Origin: Coniocarpon cinnabarinum
Taxonomy: Eukaryota
Assembly: GCA_051942205.1 (NCBI GenBank)
Contig: JAVECO010000083.1
Span: forward strand, 1-64,000
Direction of reading: 5' to 3'
DNA: 64,000 bases
Shown here: one piece after another, positions 61,533 to 64,000 of the stretch
Layout of the letters: the number at the start of each line of letters is the position of its first letter
How positions within the stretch are numbered: position 1 is the stretch's first letter
Notes under the pieces: model-generated
What the model was told of the DNA's origin: nothing
Database searches by the model: none
Seen by the model: the letters and a program-made list of their open reading frames with translations, nothing else
Position numbers and translations under genes: made by a program

Positions 61533-61958
61533 ATCAATCCCAACGGCGCTGCGAGGTCTTATACGCATCCTCGCTCTTTAGCAAGGACAAGATCTTATTC
61601 AGGATGGAATATTTTAAAGGGCGACATGTTCGATGAGGAGTTCAGGAGGCTCTCTGTACTCGCAGAATTTCGCTGCAAAGCTACCCCGCTCGATTCACAG
61701 ATGAACTTCGTCTTTCGCCTTGCTCTGCAGAAGATGCAGATATATCGTAGATGCCCGCGAGGTGGTGCAATTTGCTCGGAAATACCTATCAACGTTTTGC
61801 ATTCGTTGGCATTTGGCAAGCTGGAAGCCTCACATTGCATTTGAAGCGCTGTGATTATTTGAGACAGTCTTAGTCCGATGAGCTTTCTCGATTGCTACTA
61901 TGTCCAGCTTGTCTTGAAAGTCTGAAGTACCGACACAGGTTTGGGAAAGCGTCATACA

Positions 61959-62560
61959 ATGGCCGGTCGTGGAGGTGCGGGCAACATCGAAGCCGCGAAT
62001 CGAAGATTTTCCCGTGTATTGGCTTGGATTTCACGTGCCAATTAACCCCAATTCCTTTACGCTGACAGGCTGTACAGGATATTGAAAGTTCGCAAAGTCT
62101 GGCAGAGTCAAATGCACACCCAACGCCGATTGAGTTAGCTCTTGAGCGTGAACATGAAGAGCGGAAGGTTGCCCACACAGGGCGTGGAGGCGCTGGAAAC
62201 GCGATCAACCCTTCGGAACTCATGCGCACTGGACAATTTCACGGTGCAAAGTCTGCAGACAATGCAGCAGCGGACAATGATCCAAATGCGATACAAGGCG
62301 AAAAGGTACACCGAATGGTAGGAAGAGGCGGCGCTGGAAACTATGACCCCGAGATTGGAATCCTTCCAAGCAAGCATGAAGCTCAGGCACATGATCAGAG
62401 CCAAGTCGAGAGTCCGAAGCCGTTTTTGCGGGAGGAGGCGGACGTTGAGATGGGCTTACCCAAACCAGACGCGGCGTACTTAGGTCCAAAAGAGCGTCAG
62501 AAAGACATGCACAGTCTGAATGTGACGGACGAGAACTTTGCACGGGACAATAGGAGGTGA
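61959..62560 (+). CDS. GRGGAGN-repeat protein (DUF3602/Par32-like)
   Basis: Three GRGGAGN motifs; intron 62016-62078 (GTATTG..GCTGAC..CAG). Confidence 0.82.
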
Positions 62561-62686
62561 CGTGCACAGAAGACACCCTGGTGCTGTGTATTTTCAAAGT
62601 GGCGATTGTAGTTTGGCCGATGAAACCGGCTCCAAGCAGTGTCTGTGATCCTTTTCCAACGCCTCGCTAGTATTATTGCAAAATCG

Positions 62687-63144
62687 TCATAGACCTTTCT
62701 CAAGTAGATCTTTAGCTTCGTTCACTTTCGTTGCTCTGGTCACTCGTAAGCAATCTCTGCAGCCTTGCAGGATATATCAGCGCGTGTTGTCCCACTCACA
62801 AATACGGGCTGCCTCCTCTATCTGGATGATTCAACATCATGAGCGTCCTGTGTTTCTTTCTTACAATATCTCTTGTCAGCCCTGTCTCTTTTGTTTGCAG
62901 TATCAACGCCGCTTCGCGCCTCGTCATCTTCGGCTCGAAACCACCCTTGTAAAAGGCGCGACCGAGCGCATTCGTGCCACCCTTATACCGTCGGAGAGCG
63001 ACTAAGCCTGCACGACCCTGGAAGTACCATATCAGCCGATGGTTCCAGGCAAAGTGTCTCTGCAGCGCAAGGGACCTCGAGGAAGGAACGTACGAAAAAG
63101 GCGGCGGAAGCCACACCAATGCCGATCAGAAGGGGTGTGGTCAT
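62687..63144 (-). CDS. PAM18: Mitochondrial import motor J-protein Pam18/Tim14
   Basis: Transmembrane segment, [41 protein letters not shown]; two introns. Confidence 0.96.
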
Positions 63145-63412
63145 CGCTTAGACGCGGTAGATTGTGAAACACGGGTTTGGGAAGAAAGTTCGATGATGAA
63201 GGCGTTTGCGCTGTATAGATTAGTGGAAGAATTGTACAAGAGTATGATTGATTTAAAGGGTCGCGATCCAACCTCCTGCCTAATTTCAGAGAATAGGTAT
63301 TCTGCTGCCTTGTCTTTAAGGCAAATATTAATTTCGGAAAATCCATCCACTGGTCGAACTGCTTTCTTGACCTACAAAATTCTTTAACTCACCCAGTCCG
63401 ACCACCGTCAAA
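63145..63412. promoter_or_regulatory. Compact divergent (probably bidirectional) promoter region between PAM18 and RLP24
   Basis: 268 bp between head-to-head ATGs, with an AT-rich core. Function is inferred from gene geometry only. Confidence 0.5.
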
Positions 63413-64000
63413 ATGCGTATTGAGACCTGTTACTTCTGCTCGCGGCCTGTCTATCCCTCCAAAGGCATAACCTTCGTTCGTAACGATGCGCGCTCCTTCC
63501 ACTTCTGCCGCTCCAAATGTCACAAGAACTTCAAGATGCACCGCAACCCGCGGAAACTCGGGTGGACGAAGGCATTCAGGCGGGCGCACGGCAAAGAGAT
63601 GACGGTGGACTCTACACTTCAATTACAAGCACGGCGTAACGTCCCGACGCGCTATGATCGGAGCATGCTAGAGGAAACGGTGCGAGCCATGGGCCGGATC
63701 GAGGAGATCAGAAGCAAGCGGGAACGGCGTTTTCACAAGGGGAGAATGAAGGGGAATAGGCAGAGACAGCTAGAGGAAGATCGGAAGTTGGTGAGGGAGA
63801 ATGCGCACTTATTGCCGCCTGGGGAACGAGAGGGGCTGGAGGAGCTGCTGGATGAAGGGGCGGTGACGGAGCGCATGGAGGACGCGGAGAGTGTGGGTGG
63901 GGCAGAGGAGCTCGACAGTGAAGCTGCTATGGTGGATGAGGAGGATGAAGAGGAGATGGTGGACGAGAGCGTGTTGCGCGCGAGGGCGGCGCAGGAGAAG
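63413..64000 (+). CDS. RLP24: Ribosome biogenesis protein Rlp24 (eL24 family), runs off the window end
   Basis: [68 protein letters not shown]; absent from the ORF track because there is no stop inside the window. Confidence 0.96.
   Translation, partial: MRIETCYFCSRPVYPSKGITFVRNDARSFHFCRSKCHKNFKMHRNPRKLGWTKAFRRAHGKEMTVDSTLQLQARRNVPTRYDRSMLEETVRAMGRIEEIRSKRERRFHKGRMKGNRQRQLEEDRKLVRENAHLLPPGEREGLEELLDEGAVTERMEDAESVGGAEELDSEAAMVDEEDEEEMVDESVLRARAAQEK

Noticed and set aside
1..64000. Genome-wide stop-codon reassignment to explain the in-frame TAG/TGA codons
   Set aside because: TAA, TAG and TGA all terminate clearly conserved genes here (TOP3 TAA, PAM18 TGA, beta-propeller TAG).

Overview
Eukaryotic DNA from a filamentous ascomycete (Pezizomycotina), judged from short 45-150 nt GT..AG introns with CTRAC/CTAAT branch sites and from the gene families present. 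It holds about 27 protein-coding loci. Conserved housekeeping genes: PAS kinase, TBC Rab-GAP, TOP3, BOR1-type borate/anion transporter, FHA-forkhead factor, GH3 beta-glucosidase, PAM18, RLP24. Accessory and metabolic genes: two O-methyltransferases, a secreted beta-propeller, a flavin monooxygenase, a half-size MetE-like enzyme, an arylamine N-acetyltransferase, a stand-alone adenylation enzyme, a KP4-like toxin and a small Cys-rich secreted protein. No tRNA, rRNA, CRISPR array or intact transposon was recognised. Most notable observations: (1) a zinc-dependent cytidine/dCMP-deaminase-like locus whose HxE and PCxxC motifs lie in different reading frames that are both open over about 530 nt (frameshift, alternative splicing or split enzyme); (2) a tandem pair of orphan genes with a Ty3/gypsy Gag-capsid-like motif and a catalytically degenerate retropepsin-like motif, with no RT, integrase or LTR nearby; (3) otherwise intact ubiquitin-system genes (RBR ligase, F-box-like) interrupted by in-frame TGA/TAG codons, one at an expected Trp. 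All family assignments come from motif recognition by eye, not from database searches.
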